This document shows, piece after piece, positions 39,187 to 50,290 of a DNA stretch of 64,000 nt. How positions within the stretch are numbered: the stretch's first letter is position 1; each line of letters opens with the position of its first letter. A program made the position numbers and the translations under genes. The stretch comes from Candidatus Saccharimonadota bacterium. GTDB lineage: Bacteria > Patescibacteriota > Saccharimonadia > Saccharimonadales > SZUA-47. Location: contig JAYSZA010000043.1 of assembly GCA_043727115.1 (NCBI GenBank), positions 975-64,974 on the forward strand, in the 5' to 3' direction. The notes beneath the pieces are model-generated. The model worked only from the letters and a program-made list of their open reading frames with translations, was not told the DNA's origin and ran no database searches.

Positions 39187-41916
39187 ATGACCAACAAACT
39201 TACGCTTAGAATAATTTCAGGAGTGTTCATCTCTAGTATTTTTATAGCTTTACTATACGTAAGTGCAGCACAGGCTGCCACATGCACGATCACTGTTTTA
39301 AATACGAATACATCAGGGGCAGGTTCGTTCACTCAGGCACTAAACGATGCCAACGGATCTTCAAATATGGATGTTATCTGTTTTAACATTCCAGGGAGTG
39401 GTGTGAAAACCATAAACCTAACAGCACAGTTAGGTATATCTCAGCCAGTAGAGATTGATGGAACGACTCAGCCGGGATATTCAGGCGCACCATTGATAGA
39501 ATTATACGGTGGAAGTGCAAACGGTCTAGTTGTATCCTCTGGTGGGAATATCATCAGAGCAATAGCAGTAAATGGGTATGCCGCTGATGGGTTATTGCTT
39601 CAAGGCCCTGGCGGCAATACCGTTGTTGGTAGCTACTTTGGGTTGGGCCCCAACGGGATAAGCGATCGAGGTAATGGTGCAAGCGGCATAGGGATTTTAT
39701 CACCAAATAATATTATTGGTGGCTCTACTTCTACGGACAGGAATATTATTTCCGGTAACGGTGGCAACGGACTCGTTATTGGTGGAGCTGACGCCTCTGG
39801 AAATGTTATTAAGGGTAATTACTTTGGTACAAATGCAGCTGGTACAGCATCGGTTCCGAACAGTGGGGACGGGTTACTAATCAATGGTTCGTCGGGTAAT
39901 ACAGTTGGAGGCACGGATTCTGTTAACCCAACATCTTCATGTGTAGGTGCCTGTAACCTCTTCTCTGGTAATGGCGCAAACGGCGTAGGTATATGGCATT
40001 CTGGTGCATCTAGCAATACAGTAGTTGGTAACTATATAGGCGTAAAAGTTGACGGTCTAAGTGCACTACCCAATGGAGATATAGGATTAGAAATTCAAGA
40101 TGCATCGGGAAATACAGTCGGAGGCGTAACGGTAAATGAGCGTAATCTAATATCTGGTAATTTTGGAGCGGGGGTGTCAATTACGGGTATACCGAACGGA
40201 ATCGTTACTCAAAACAACATTATAAAAGGTAATTATATCGGTGTTAACAAACTTGGTAACTCTGCAATAAAAAATCATAAAATGGGAGTTAATATTGGCA
40301 CTCCTGCTGGTGGTAGTAACGCGGCAAAAAACAATCTTATAGGGGGTACTGACGGAGTGAGCCTTGGGGGTTCCTGTACTGGTGCTTGCAATGTTATTGC
40401 TGGCAACGGATGGAACGGAATTTATATAAGTGGACTGGACGGTGGCGACAACCAAGTACAAGGCAATTTTATTGGCGTGGGGGCAAGCGGAGGTTGGACA
40501 ATACCAAATTTGCTGGATGGCATAGGTATTGTTAACTCACCCAATAATAAATTCGGAGGCCCTATAAACAGCGCTCGCAATCTTATTTCTGGCAATGGCG
40601 GTTATGGTATCGCAATTGTCGGAAGTTATTCTACCGGTACAAGAATAGAGCGGAACTATATTGGTATCGCCACAGACTCTAATCCGATGCCTAATCAAAA
40701 GTCGGGAGTTGGAGTTGAGTCCGCTGTCGATACTGCAATGTTGACGAATTCTATTTATGGAAATGGGCAACTAGGGATAGATTTAGCAATAAATGGTATT
40801 ACTGCGAACGATGGCGGGGATGCGGACAGTGGCCCTAACAGGCTACAGAACTATCCAGTTTTATCATATGCATACTCAGCAGATGGCAACACAACGGTTT
40901 CGGGTATGTTAAATAGTAACGGAACTACCACTTACACAGTGCAATTCTTCAAAAGCCCATCATGTAATGGTGGTCAGTTTGCGGGATATGGTCAAGGCCA
41001 TACTTACATAGGTTCAAAAGTCGTCTCCACTGACGCAACTGGCAATACATCTTTCACAGCGGCGTTTGCTGGGCTAACAGAGAGCGGGTATGCAGTCACG
41101 GCAACAGCTACAAAGATGTATAACGGGTCTTTATATGAAACTTCGGAGTTTTCTAGATGTGTGCATATTCCGAGACAACATCCTGATGGGGCTGTGATTA
41201 CACCCGCAGGCAGCCCAAATCTATTCATGATTGAAAATGGAAAAACTAGAAAAATAGGGTCAGTAGAAGTATTGAGGAGCCACAACATAACCTCCCAAGA
41301 GATTAAGACAGCAACAACAAGCGACACGACATTTCCTGGAGGCAACGGCCTTTACTTTAGGGAGGGTACTGTCTTGAAGGGAAGTAGCCCAGATATATAT
41401 TTTATAGATCAGATTGGTCCCAATTCATACCAAAAACGCAAACTAACCTCGGGGGCAGCATTTAATGCACTAGGCTATAGCGCGTCAGATGTAATAACTG
41501 TACCGGATTCAGCGCTAGGTCTATCTTCCGGCTCATCAATGAGCACGTCTGCTTATCATCCAGATGGTACTTTAGTAAAAAGTCCGTCCGGAACAGTGTA
41601 TCTGATTATGGATGGGAAGAAGCGTCTCATAGGCTCACCAGGAGTCTTTGTATCGCATCGGTTTAGGGCTGTTGATATTAAATGGGCAACAGGCGGAGAT
41701 TTAGCCAGGTCATCTGGTGGAAATCTAGGTTATCGGGAAGGCGCATTAGTAAAGGGTTCTTCATCGACAATATATATAATTGATGATGATTCTGGGGTAA
41801 TCAAAAAAAGAAAAATAACGTCATCTAGCGCATTCGTAGAGCTTGGCTACTCCATTAATGAAGTAATTTCTATCCCGAATAATGAGTTACCACTTGCGAA
41901 CGGTGCTAATATATAG
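39187..41916 (+). CDS. Secreted Gly/Asn-rich parallel beta-helix protein with four C-terminal ~50-aa repeats
   Basis: Signal peptide; repeated N.ISGN..GI.I / N.I.GNYIG; C-terminal HPDG/REG-LVK repeats. Confidence 0.85.
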   Translation: MTNKLTLRIISGVFISSIFIALLYVSAAQAATCTITVLNTNTSGAGSFTQALNDANGSSNMDVICFNIPGSGVKTINLTAQLGISQPVEIDGTTQPGYSGAPLIELYGGSANGLVVSSGGNIIRAIAVNGYAADGLLLQGPGGNTVVGSYFGLGPNGISDRGNGASGIGILSPNNIIGGSTSTDRNIISGNGGNGLVIGGADASGNVIKGNYFGTNAAGTASVPNSGDGLLINGSSGNTVGGTDSVNPTSSCVGACNLFSGNGANGVGIWHSGASSNTVVGNYIGVKVDGLSALPNGDIGLEIQDASGNTVGGVTVNERNLISGNFGAGVSITGIPNGIVTQNNIIKGNYIGVNKLGNSAIKNHKMGVNIGTPAGGSNAAKNNLIGGTDGVSLGGSCTGACNVIAGNGWNGIYISGLDGGDNQVQGNFIGVGASGGWTIPNLLDGIGIVNSPNNKFGGPINSARNLISGNGGYGIAIVGSYSTGTRIERNYIGIATDSNPMPNQKSGVGVESAVDTAMLTNSIYGNGQLGIDLAINGITANDGGDADSGPNRLQNYPVLSYAYSADGNTTVSGMLNSNGTTTYTVQFFKSPSCNGGQFAGYGQGHTYIGSKVVSTDATGNTSFTAAFAGLTESGYAVTATATKMYNGSLYETSEFSRCVHIPRQHPDGAVITPAGSPNLFMIENGKTRKIGSVEVLRSHNITSQEIKTATTSDTTFPGGNGLYFREGTVLKGSSPDIYFIDQIGPNSYQKRKLTSGAAFNALGYSASDVITVPDSALGLSSGSSMSTSAYHPDGTLVKSPSGTVYLIMDGKKRLIGSPGVFVSHRFRAVDIKWATGGDLARSSGGNLGYREGALVKGSSSTIYIIDDDSGVIKKRKITSSSAFVELGYSINEVISIPNNELPLANGANI

Positions 41917-41928
41917 GTAGGAGGTGTT

Positions 41929-42867
41929 ATGAAAAAGCTACAAGTTTTCCTAATATCAATGTTGAGTTTTATAACTCCAATAGCCTTATCTTTAGGTTCT
42001 GCTGGTGCACTTGTTCGGCCTTCAGGAATGATAGTTCAGGATTCTGGTGGCGCATATTATTATACTTACTACACGCCAGGGACGAGCTACTCAGATCCTA
42101 GATTAAAATATATCGGACATGGAGAAGTGCTGAGTTATTATCAGAATAGAAACAGAAAAGCCTACACTATAACAGACACCGAAAAATCAGGCTATACAGT
42201 GCATAATCATAATTTAACCTTTCCTTGCGGCGAAGCTGCTAGAGATCAGTACGGGAAAATTGCGTTTTTTGAACCACTTGGGTGGCCTCCTGGTGCACAA
42301 GATCAAGGTGACCCCGTCTTTTCTTATGCAGAGAATTTTCCACAATATGTTGGCTTTGTAAACTGGGACCACTCAGGCAGTACAGGATCTCATCATCAGG
42401 ATATTCTGAAAGAGAGTGGATATAATCAAATATCTACGGTTGATGGACTGCCAGAGGGAGTAACCGGTGGTATTTACCCGGGGGGAGTACCTAACTGCGT
42501 AATAGTAAAGCAGACAAATTCACCAGACTATTACAGAGTATTTAGACACCAGACACCCACAGCAGTAGAAGTGGAAAGAAAAGTAAAAATACAGACACCC
42601 GAAATACTCGATTTATGGACAAATTTCAATAGTTATACCTACGAAACAGATATCACATCACTTCCGAGTGTAGGTAGCGCTAAAATGCCTCCAGGACTAC
42701 TGGTAAGAACTATTGCAAATTCAAATGTATATTTCACAGACGATGAGGGATATAAAGTTCTCATACCAACTCAAGCAAAATTTGATGAGTTAGGTTTCAA
42801 CCCAGGCGACGTAACAATCGTGGAACAATCAACACTAAATACTACCCCCACAAAGATTTTGTACTAA
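41929..42867 (+). CDS. Secreted protein with the same C-terminal repeat module
   Basis: GGAGG RBS; signal peptide; PGLLVRT..NVYF..G.K..I...F..LGF...DV. Confidence 0.7.
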   Translation: MKKLQVFLISMLSFITPIALSLGSAGALVRPSGMIVQDSGGAYYYTYYTPGTSYSDPRLKYIGHGEVLSYYQNRNRKAYTITDTEKSGYTVHNHNLTFPCGEAARDQYGKIAFFEPLGWPPGAQDQGDPVFSYAENFPQYVGFVNWDHSGSTGSHHQDILKESGYNQISTVDGLPEGVTGGIYPGGVPNCVIVKQTNSPDYYRVFRHQTPTAVEVERKVKIQTPEILDLWTNFNSYTYETDITSLPSVGSAKMPPGLLVRTIANSNVYFTDDEGYKVLIPTQAKFDELGFNPGDVTIVEQSTLNTTPTKILY

Positions 42868-42878
42868 ATTAATAATAG

Positions 42879-43388
42879 ATGAAGTATTGTAAAAATTGTG
42901 GGAAAAAAATAACCAAAAGTTCTGAGTACAAATTTGATTGTACGTCATGCAAGAGTACCTATTATATAAACCCTAAGGGTGCGACAGCTCTATTACTATT
43001 TGATGAGCATGGCAATTTACTACTCGGCCGTAGAGCAGTCGAGCCGCACATAAACAAGCTAGATTGTATAGGAGGATTTGTAGACGTTGGTGAGAATTTT
43101 GAGATGGGGATGCTACGAGAACTACAGGAAGAGTCGGGACTAGCGGCGACAGATATCACAGGCTTAAAATATCTGGGCAGTACCTATGATGATTACGAAT
43201 GGCAAGACAGGGTAGTGCCGGTTGTGTCAGTGTATTTCACTGCCACATTATTAAAGAGTGCTAAAAAATTAGTCGCAACCGATGATATAGCAGCTTTTGA
43301 GACTGTAGACATTGAAAGTATTAGAAGAGAAGATGTTGCATGGGATGGCATGTGGGAAATGCTTAAGTTGCTTAAAGATAATTCTTAA
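42879..43388 (+). CDS. NUDIX hydrolase with N-terminal zinc ribbon
   Basis: CxxC..CxxC; Nudix box GGFVDVGE......RELQEESG. Confidence 0.9.
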   Translation: MKYCKNCGKKITKSSEYKFDCTSCKSTYYINPKGATALLLFDEHGNLLLGRRAVEPHINKLDCIGGFVDVGENFEMGMLRELQEESGLAATDITGLKYLGSTYDDYEWQDRVVPVVSVYFTATLLKSAKKLVATDDIAAFETVDIESIRREDVAWDGMWEMLKLLKDNS

Positions 43389-44211
43389 GACTATCATACC
43401 AATCTGTTGATTCGAAGCCGGTTGACTGGATTTTGTCTAAAGCAAGGGTGCTTTGAAGTGGGCGGGGGGCTATTCCGGTCTTGCCGGCAAAGTATTCTGC
43501 TGTGGTTGTGTTTGACACAATTAAATCCTCACGTCCAAGTAGTTTGAAAATTGCTCGGGTTATATCTGCCCAGCTGACTGAATCTCCGTCGTTTGACACA
43601 TTGTAAGTACCGTAAGTTGGCTGTTTTGTCAGCAGGTGGTTGATTGCGCGCACTAACTCTGATGTGAATGTAAGTCGGCCGATTTGGTCATGAACCACAG
43701 TTGGGGAAATATCTTTTTCAGCCAAGCTCATCATTGTACGAACGAAGTTTTTGCCCTCACCGATTACCCAGCTGGTACGCAATATATAGAATTTGGGTGC
43801 TAGAGAAACTGCGATATCACCGGCTGCTTTGCTAGCGCCGTAAACAGACAAGGGCGAGAATGCTTCATCTTCTGTATGTGTGTCTGCCGTGCCATCAAAA
43901 ACGTAGTCAGTGGACACATGTACAAGTGTCATATCGTACTGAGCTGTAACTGCAACCAAGTTTGCTACTGCATCGGCGTTGATGCTCCATGCAAGCACGC
44001 GACCCTCAGAGGTCTCCGCACCATCAACGTTAGTATAGGCGGCGGCATTGATCAGGACATCGATACCAGACCAGTCGAAGGCCTCAACAGATGCTTTGTC
44101 TGCAATATCCAGCTCATCAATATCAGCGTATTTTGCATTTGGATATTTTGCACAAAGTGCCGTGCCCAATTGTCCGTTTGCTCCTACAATAAAAATCTTT
44201 GAATCATCCAT
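43372..44211 (-). CDS. rmlD: dTDP-4-dehydrorhamnose reductase
   Basis: GANGQLG, AAYTNVD, STDYVFDG, YGASK, RTSWV and DQIG. Confidence 0.95.
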   Translation of the reverse strand: MDDSKIFIVGANGQLGTALCAKYPNAKYADIDELDIADKASVEAFDWSGIDVLINAAAYTNVDGAETSEGRVLAWSINADAVANLVAVTAQYDMTLVHVSTDYVFDGTADTHTEDEAFSPLSVYGASKAAGDIAVSLAPKFYILRTSWVIGEGKNFVRTMMSLAEKDISPTVVHDQIGRLTFTSELVRAINHLLTKQPTYGTYNVSNDGDSVSWADITRAIFKLLGREDLIVSNTTTAEYFAGKTGIAPRPLQSTLALDKIQSTGFESTDWYDSLKNYL

Positions 44212-44743
44212 TGTTTACCTCTTTGTTAAATTTTTCTGCTGCTCTATTAATAAATTCTATCTGAGTGTCAACGATAGTACCGGGAAGATTAGCTACTGGG
44301 TGCCAATCACCAACTACTTCCAATTCATTTAGATCGGCATAGTACACTGATGCTATTTCCGCCCCACGCTTAACTTTGTGGAAAAAGGAGGTAACAAAGA
44401 CAGTTGGGGGCGTTTCAATTTTTAACTCATCTCTAAAAATTCTGTTTATGGCCCCGTCTATACCATTATTTAAATCAGTTGCTCTAAGTACAGTGCCGGG
44501 TGTATGAAGCATTCCTGGCCAATTTGGGTCATCGTCATCTCTTTTAAGTAGTAAAACCTCAGTATTACCAGTCGGGGAAGTTCTAAGTGGCACTACTTCT
44601 ACAATTGGTGTTACGCATAGTCTGGTTACTTGTTCAAAAATAGGTCCCGGTAAAAATCCCGGTTCAAGACCATTTAGGACAGAGGCTGCTTCTTGAATCT
44701 GTTCTGCGGTTGGACCAGAATTTTGAGGGATATTTTCTGACAC
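44204..44743 (-). CDS. Divergent NUDIX-fold protein (GDP-mannose hydrolase-like)
   Basis: F..V.R......VEVV, VLLLKR and degenerate box PGTVL...RI..DEL. Confidence 0.55.
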   Translation of the reverse strand: MSENIPQNSGPTAEQIQEAASVLNGLEPGFLPGPIFEQVTRLCVTPIVEVVPLRTSPTGNTEVLLLKRDDDDPNWPGMLHTPGTVLRATDLNNGIDGAINRIFRDELKIETPPTVFVTSFFHKVKRGAEIASVYYADLNELEVVGDWHPVANLPGTIVDTQIEFINRAAEKFNKEVNNG

Positions 44744-44746
44744 AGT

Positions 44747-45319
44747 TTAAACTTCCATTGGGGTTATTTCAGACAGATTTGGGTGGTTCTTGTCTCTTTC
44801 AGACAAGATACTATCACCCAGAGGGATTGGCCATTCAATCGCTAGCTCTGGGTCGGCTAGGTTCACGAAGCAATACTGATCATAGTTGTCTGCTCTCCAG
44901 TGGTCGTTGGTGCTGTAAACGTAGAATGTACCATCTTCTAATACTTGGAAGGAGTTTGCAACGCCTTTGGGCAAAAATACCGATGATGAGTTAGTAAGCG
45001 TGGTGGTGTAGACAGTCCCAAAGCTTGCCCCTTTGCGCAAATCGACATACGCAACGAATGCACTTCCGGTCACAACAGAGATATATTTGTCCCACGGTTC
45101 AGTGTGAAAACCCCTGATGACTCCGCGGTCCTTATTGAACGATACATTGTTTTGTACTATTTGAAAGTCAGCAGGGAGGCCTTGTTCTAGCAGTTTTTCA
45201 CGTTGGAACTTTTCCTGAAACCAACCACGATCGTCGCTTGGGAAGTCGATGTCAAAGATAAGTAGTCCCGGTATCGGAGTCTCTCTTTTTGTGAAAACTG
45301 TCGTCGGAATATTTGCCAT
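44747..45319 (-). CDS. rmlC: dTDP-4-dehydrorhamnose 3,5-epimerase
   Basis: DDRGWFQE, QNNVSFN, RGFH, VDLR, DPEL.IEWP and LSERD. Confidence 0.95.
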   Translation of the reverse strand: MANIPTTVFTKRETPIPGLLIFDIDFPSDDRGWFQEKFQREKLLEQGLPADFQIVQNNVSFNKDRGVIRGFHTEPWDKYISVVTGSAFVAYVDLRKGASFGTVYTTTLTNSSSVFLPKGVANSFQVLEDGTFYVYSTNDHWRADNYDQYCFVNLADPELAIEWPIPLGDSILSERDKNHPNLSEITPMEV

Positions 45320-45322
45320 AAT

Positions 45323-46360
<1,038 letters not shown>

Positions 46361-46423
46361 TTAAAAACCAATATACTAACTATAGTTAAAAACACAACAG
46401 TTACAGCGATGATAGATAGGGTG

Positions 46424-47764
46424 TTAACTGATAATGGAGGTGACTTTGTTTACCAGCTCAGCCAGCTCTTCCTGAGTATTTGCTTCGGCATTGAGGCGCA
46501 TAACAGGCTCAGTATTGCTGGCTCGGAGATTAAACCAATAATTTGGATATTCAATAGTTAGGCCGTCTAGAGTATCGGATTTTCCGTCGGGAAAGGTTAT
46601 CGCTAGCGCATCGAATATTTGTTCTTTAGGTTTTGTAGTTTCAAAGTTCTGTTCAGGAATCATGGAATAACGGCGGTATTCGTCAACTAGCTCTGATAAT
46701 TTTTGACCTGAGTTGGTCAATGCCTGCATGGCAGTTAAAGCCACAATTAGTCCTGAATCTGCATCATAGTTTTCTTTGTAGAAAAAGTGCCCAGTTGTTT
46801 CGCCACCAAACACGCCACCGACTTCTCGCATGAGTGAACCAACATTAACCCTGCCAGCCTTTGACCGAATTGCAGTTCCACCCCACTCAGAAATTAGTTC
46901 TTGGGTTGCACGGCTAGTTCTGACATCATGAACAATTACGCTATTTGGATACTTTTCTAGATATAGCTTTGCGACAATAGACATCAAATCTGTTCCTAGG
47001 ACAGGACGCGATTTGTCGTCGACAAACACTGCACGGTCACCGTCGCCATCAAAAGCTATGCCAAAGTCGTAGTTTTTCTCTTTAACTTTATCCATCAGGT
47101 CCTGCAAGTTTTCCATCTTTTGCGGGTTTGCTTCATGATTTGGGAAGGTTCCGTCGAGCTCAAAGTACATAGCGTCTGCTGTTATTGGTAATTTAGGAAG
47201 AATTGAAGGCAGGATTGCTCCAGCCATACCATTGCCTGCGTCTATTGCTATATTGAAGGGCTTTAGGTTGTCTATGAATCCCATGCAGTGCTCGACCCAC
47301 TCCATCGTCACAGATTTCTGTGTCAAAGTCCCGGGCGTTGCTGCGGTAGGTTTGAACTGCTTGTTTAGACTTAAATCACGAATAGCGTCCAGACCAGAAG
47401 CTAGGCCTACTGCAGTTACTTTGTCTCGGTATAGTTTGATACCGTTTTCATCACCCGCGTTATGGCTGGCGGTGATTACTGCACCTCCACTCAAATCCCA
47501 TTTGCCAACAGCAAAATAAATCATGTCACTAGTTACTTCTCCTATGTCCCAAACAGCGCGACCTTGTTCACGCAAACCTTCAATGAATGCTTTGCTTAGC
47601 GCCTCAGAGTCGGGACGCATATCACGGCCGACAGCAATGATTCCATCAGTAGGCAACCAATCTGCAAATGCTTTGGCTGTGTCTTTAACAAATTCTGGCG
47701 ACAACTCCGTGCCTACTTTTCCCCGTATATCGTATGATTTGAATATGTCGCTTATTGAAGACAT
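46424..47764 (-). CDS. Phosphomannomutase/phosphoglucomutase
   Basis: FKSYDIRG, TASHN, FDGDGDR, GGE..GH and RASNTEP. Confidence 0.95.
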   Translation of the reverse strand: MSSISDIFKSYDIRGKVGTELSPEFVKDTAKAFADWLPTDGIIAVGRDMRPDSEALSKAFIEGLREQGRAVWDIGEVTSDMIYFAVGKWDLSGGAVITASHNAGDENGIKLYRDKVTAVGLASGLDAIRDLSLNKQFKPTAATPGTLTQKSVTMEWVEHCMGFIDNLKPFNIAIDAGNGMAGAILPSILPKLPITADAMYFELDGTFPNHEANPQKMENLQDLMDKVKEKNYDFGIAFDGDGDRAVFVDDKSRPVLGTDLMSIVAKLYLEKYPNSVIVHDVRTSRATQELISEWGGTAIRSKAGRVNVGSLMREVGGVFGGETTGHFFYKENYDADSGLIVALTAMQALTNSGQKLSELVDEYRRYSMIPEQNFETTKPKEQIFDALAITFPDGKSDTLDGLTIEYPNYWFNLRASNTEPVMRLNAEANTQEELAELVNKVTSIIS

Positions 47765-47822
47765 GAAGTACCTCTTTTCTATCTTCTAGTATACCTCGGG
47801 CGGATTCTGTTAGTATAGACCT

Positions 47823-48275
47823 ATGAAAATAGTGATTGTTAGCGGCTACTTTAACCCCTTACATGGTGGACACCTTGATATGATTGAAGAAGCTGCAAAG
47901 CTCGGAGATAGACTGATAGTCTCGGTTAACAACGATAAGGCTCAGATGATGAAAAAGGGCAAAATTATCTTGGATGAGCAAAACCGCGCGAGACTTATGC
48001 GCTCACTTCGTCTAGTTGATGAGGTAATTGTCTCTGTCGATGAAGATTTAGGCCAAGCTCTTTCTCTGCGTAAAATCAGGGAATTGTATCCGGATGATGA
48101 ATTAATATTCGCAAATGGTGGCGATCGGGACCCAAATAAACATGCATTACCAGAAAATGAAATGCAGGCCATTGAAGATTGTAATATCAAAGCAGTTTTT
48201 GGTGTTGGTAGCAGCGAGGTTGAAAAAAGAGATTCGTCTTCTAGGATAAACAAAGAAAACGGCAACGAAGAGTAA
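47823..48275 (+). CDS. Cytidylyltransferase-family protein (TagD/RfaE-II-like)
   Basis: SGYFNPLHGGH (HxGH), FANGGDR and SSS. Confidence 0.85.
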   Translation: MKIVIVSGYFNPLHGGHLDMIEEAAKLGDRLIVSVNNDKAQMMKKGKIILDEQNRARLMRSLRLVDEVIVSVDEDLGQALSLRKIRELYPDDELIFANGGDRDPNKHALPENEMQAIEDCNIKAVFGVGSSEVEKRDSSSRINKENGNEE

Positions 48276-48277
48276 GT

Positions 48278-50290
48278 CTATTCAACCGTTACAGATTTTG
48301 CCAGGTTGCGCGGCTTGTCTATGTCGCGCCCTAGATCCTTGGCAGTGTGGTAGGCGAATAGGTGCGTTACAACGGCTGATAGGATTGGCTGGAGTTGTTC
48401 GGGAACTTTCGGAATCACAATAAAGTCATCTGCAAGTTTTGCGGCTTCCGACTTAGCATCGTCGACTATGGCGACTAGTGGTCCGCCGCGGGCCTTTATT
48501 TCTTGCATGTTGCTGAGTGATTTTTCCGCAACGTCATTTGTGAGTGCTAACGCAAAAGTAGGGAAGTTTTTGTCAATTAACGCCAAAGGCCCGTGTTTCA
48601 TTTCTCCACCAGCAAAGCCTTCGGCGTGAATGTAGCTGATTTCTTTGAGCTTGAGCGCGCCCTCCAAAGCTACAGGATAGGCATAACGGCGACCAATACA
48701 TAGGAAATTTGGGTGATGTGAATATTTTCTGGCGATTTTGGCAATTTGTTCTTCGTTTTCTAACACTTTTTCTATCTGTTTTGGTAAATCATCCAGGGCG
48801 TGCAGTAAAGTAGAGTATTCCGGGTAGTTTTTGGACAAAGAAAGCGCAATTAGGAGTAGAACCGTGACTTGGGCGATGAATGCTTTGGTGCTGGCCACGG
48901 CCTTCTCTTGACCAGCGTGACAGTAAACACCCGCGTCAGTTAGGCGCGACAGAGTAGAGCCTGTTGAATTAATCACACCAAGTTTGAGTATGCCTGTTCC
49001 TTCTAATTTCTTCAGCGCCGCAATTACATCAGCAGTTTCACCGGATTGTGAGACAACTAATACAGCAGTACTTCTAGAAAGGGGCTCAGAACGGTAGCGG
49101 AACTCACTGGCTTGTTGAATCTCTACAGGAATTCCAGCGATTTCTTCTATTAAATATTCACCCACCATTCCGGCGTAGAGTGAGGTTCCGCAGGCAAGTA
49201 TTACTATGCGGTCGATGAACTGAAGCTGGGTTTGTACTAGCTCCAAGCCTCCGAGTTTGACTAAATTTTCTTCCACACGTAATCGCCCAAGCATTGCAGA
49301 GCGAACTGTTTGTGGAGCTTCGTGCATTTCTTTGGACATAAAGTCAGGGTATTCGCCCGTGTCAGAGGTGCTAGATTCTAATTCGATGTGTTCTGACGGT
49401 CTGTGTAATCGTTCCTTGGTGTTGCCATCGATAACTCGGTAGCCGCCCTGTGTCACAATCGCTATGTCGTTGTCTTGTAGAAACACGACTTCTTGAGTGT
49501 GTGGGGCCATTGGTATCGCGTCTGAACCAATAAACATTTCACCTTTGCCAACGCCGATTGCAAGCGGGCTAGATAGTTTAGCGCAGTAGATAGTGTCTGG
49601 TTGGTTGGTGGTAATCATCACAATGCCGTATGCGCCGCGTAATGCGTCTATAGTTGCGATAAATGCCTGCTCTACATCACCAAGTTTCTGAAAATGATAG
49701 TGAACTAGATTCGGAATAACTTCCGTGTCTGTGTCAGAGTAGAATTTGTAACCTTTCGGCTCTAGAAATTTTTTGATGTCTTGGTAGTTTTCGATGATAC
49801 CGTTATGGATAACACTGAATTCACCAGATTTGTCGTGGTGCGGGTGAGCATTTTTGTGTAGAACGCTTCCATGTGTGGCCCACCGTGTATGTCCTATTCC
49901 AACCTCACACACAGAGCCAGACTGTCTGCTCTCAGGTGACGCCTGAGACACCACAGTCTTCTCGGCCCCTTCCGCCTTACTCACTTGCGATGCGCGCTGC
50001 ATCGTACCCGATGTACGACTTGCTTGCGCTTCTCGTGAGTAGGGCGAAATTGGCTCGAGCTCTGAGTGTGAGGCGTCAAGCCATGTAGGAATAGAGTCTT
50101 CTAGTGACGCTTTCTCAAGCTCCTTGCGGAGGGCTTCGACGCGACCGACAACCTTGGTTGTGTTGATTCTTCCTTTTTGTAGTTGAGACAAGCCGGCAGA
50201 GTCATAGCCACGGTATTCTAGCGATTCAAGACCATCCAAAATGTAGGGAGTTCCATTATTTTTTCCTACGTATCCAACAATTCCGCACAT
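48278..50290 (-). CDS. glmS: Glutamine-fructose-6-phosphate aminotransferase with a ~60-aa in-frame insertion
   Basis: MCGIVG, LEYRGYDSAG, GHTRWATHG, SQSGETAD, EGALKLKE and PRNLAKSVTVE; 670 aa versus 609 in E. coli. Confidence 0.97.
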   Translation of the reverse strand: MCGIVGYVGKNNGTPYILDGLESLEYRGYDSAGLSQLQKGRINTTKVVGRVEALRKELEKASLEDSIPTWLDASHSELEPISPYSREAQASRTSGTMQRASQVSKAEGAEKTVVSQASPESRQSGSVCEVGIGHTRWATHGSVLHKNAHPHHDKSGEFSVIHNGIIENYQDIKKFLEPKGYKFYSDTDTEVIPNLVHYHFQKLGDVEQAFIATIDALRGAYGIVMITTNQPDTIYCAKLSSPLAIGVGKGEMFIGSDAIPMAPHTQEVVFLQDNDIAIVTQGGYRVIDGNTKERLHRPSEHIELESSTSDTGEYPDFMSKEMHEAPQTVRSAMLGRLRVEENLVKLGGLELVQTQLQFIDRIVILACGTSLYAGMVGEYLIEEIAGIPVEIQQASEFRYRSEPLSRSTAVLVVSQSGETADVIAALKKLEGTGILKLGVINSTGSTLSRLTDAGVYCHAGQEKAVASTKAFIAQVTVLLLIALSLSKNYPEYSTLLHALDDLPKQIEKVLENEEQIAKIARKYSHHPNFLCIGRRYAYPVALEGALKLKEISYIHAEGFAGGEMKHGPLALIDKNFPTFALALTNDVAEKSLSNMQEIKARGGPLVAIVDDAKSEAAKLADDFIVIPKVPEQLQPILSAVVTHLFAYHTAKDLGRDIDKPRNLAKSVTVE
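49919..50099. repeat. ~180-nt imperfect long hairpin inserted in frame in glmS
   Basis: Apex tcgtac-ccgat-gtacga; arms cgccttactcac/gtgagtagggcg and tgacgcct/aggcgtca; termini agact/agtct. Confidence 0.82.

Noticed and set aside
49919-50099. Intein or group I/II intron explanation for the glmS and GT4 inserts
   Set aside because: Both are too short. Neither has intein splice-junction residues (N-terminal Cys/Ser, C-terminal His-Asn) or recognisable intron core motifs.
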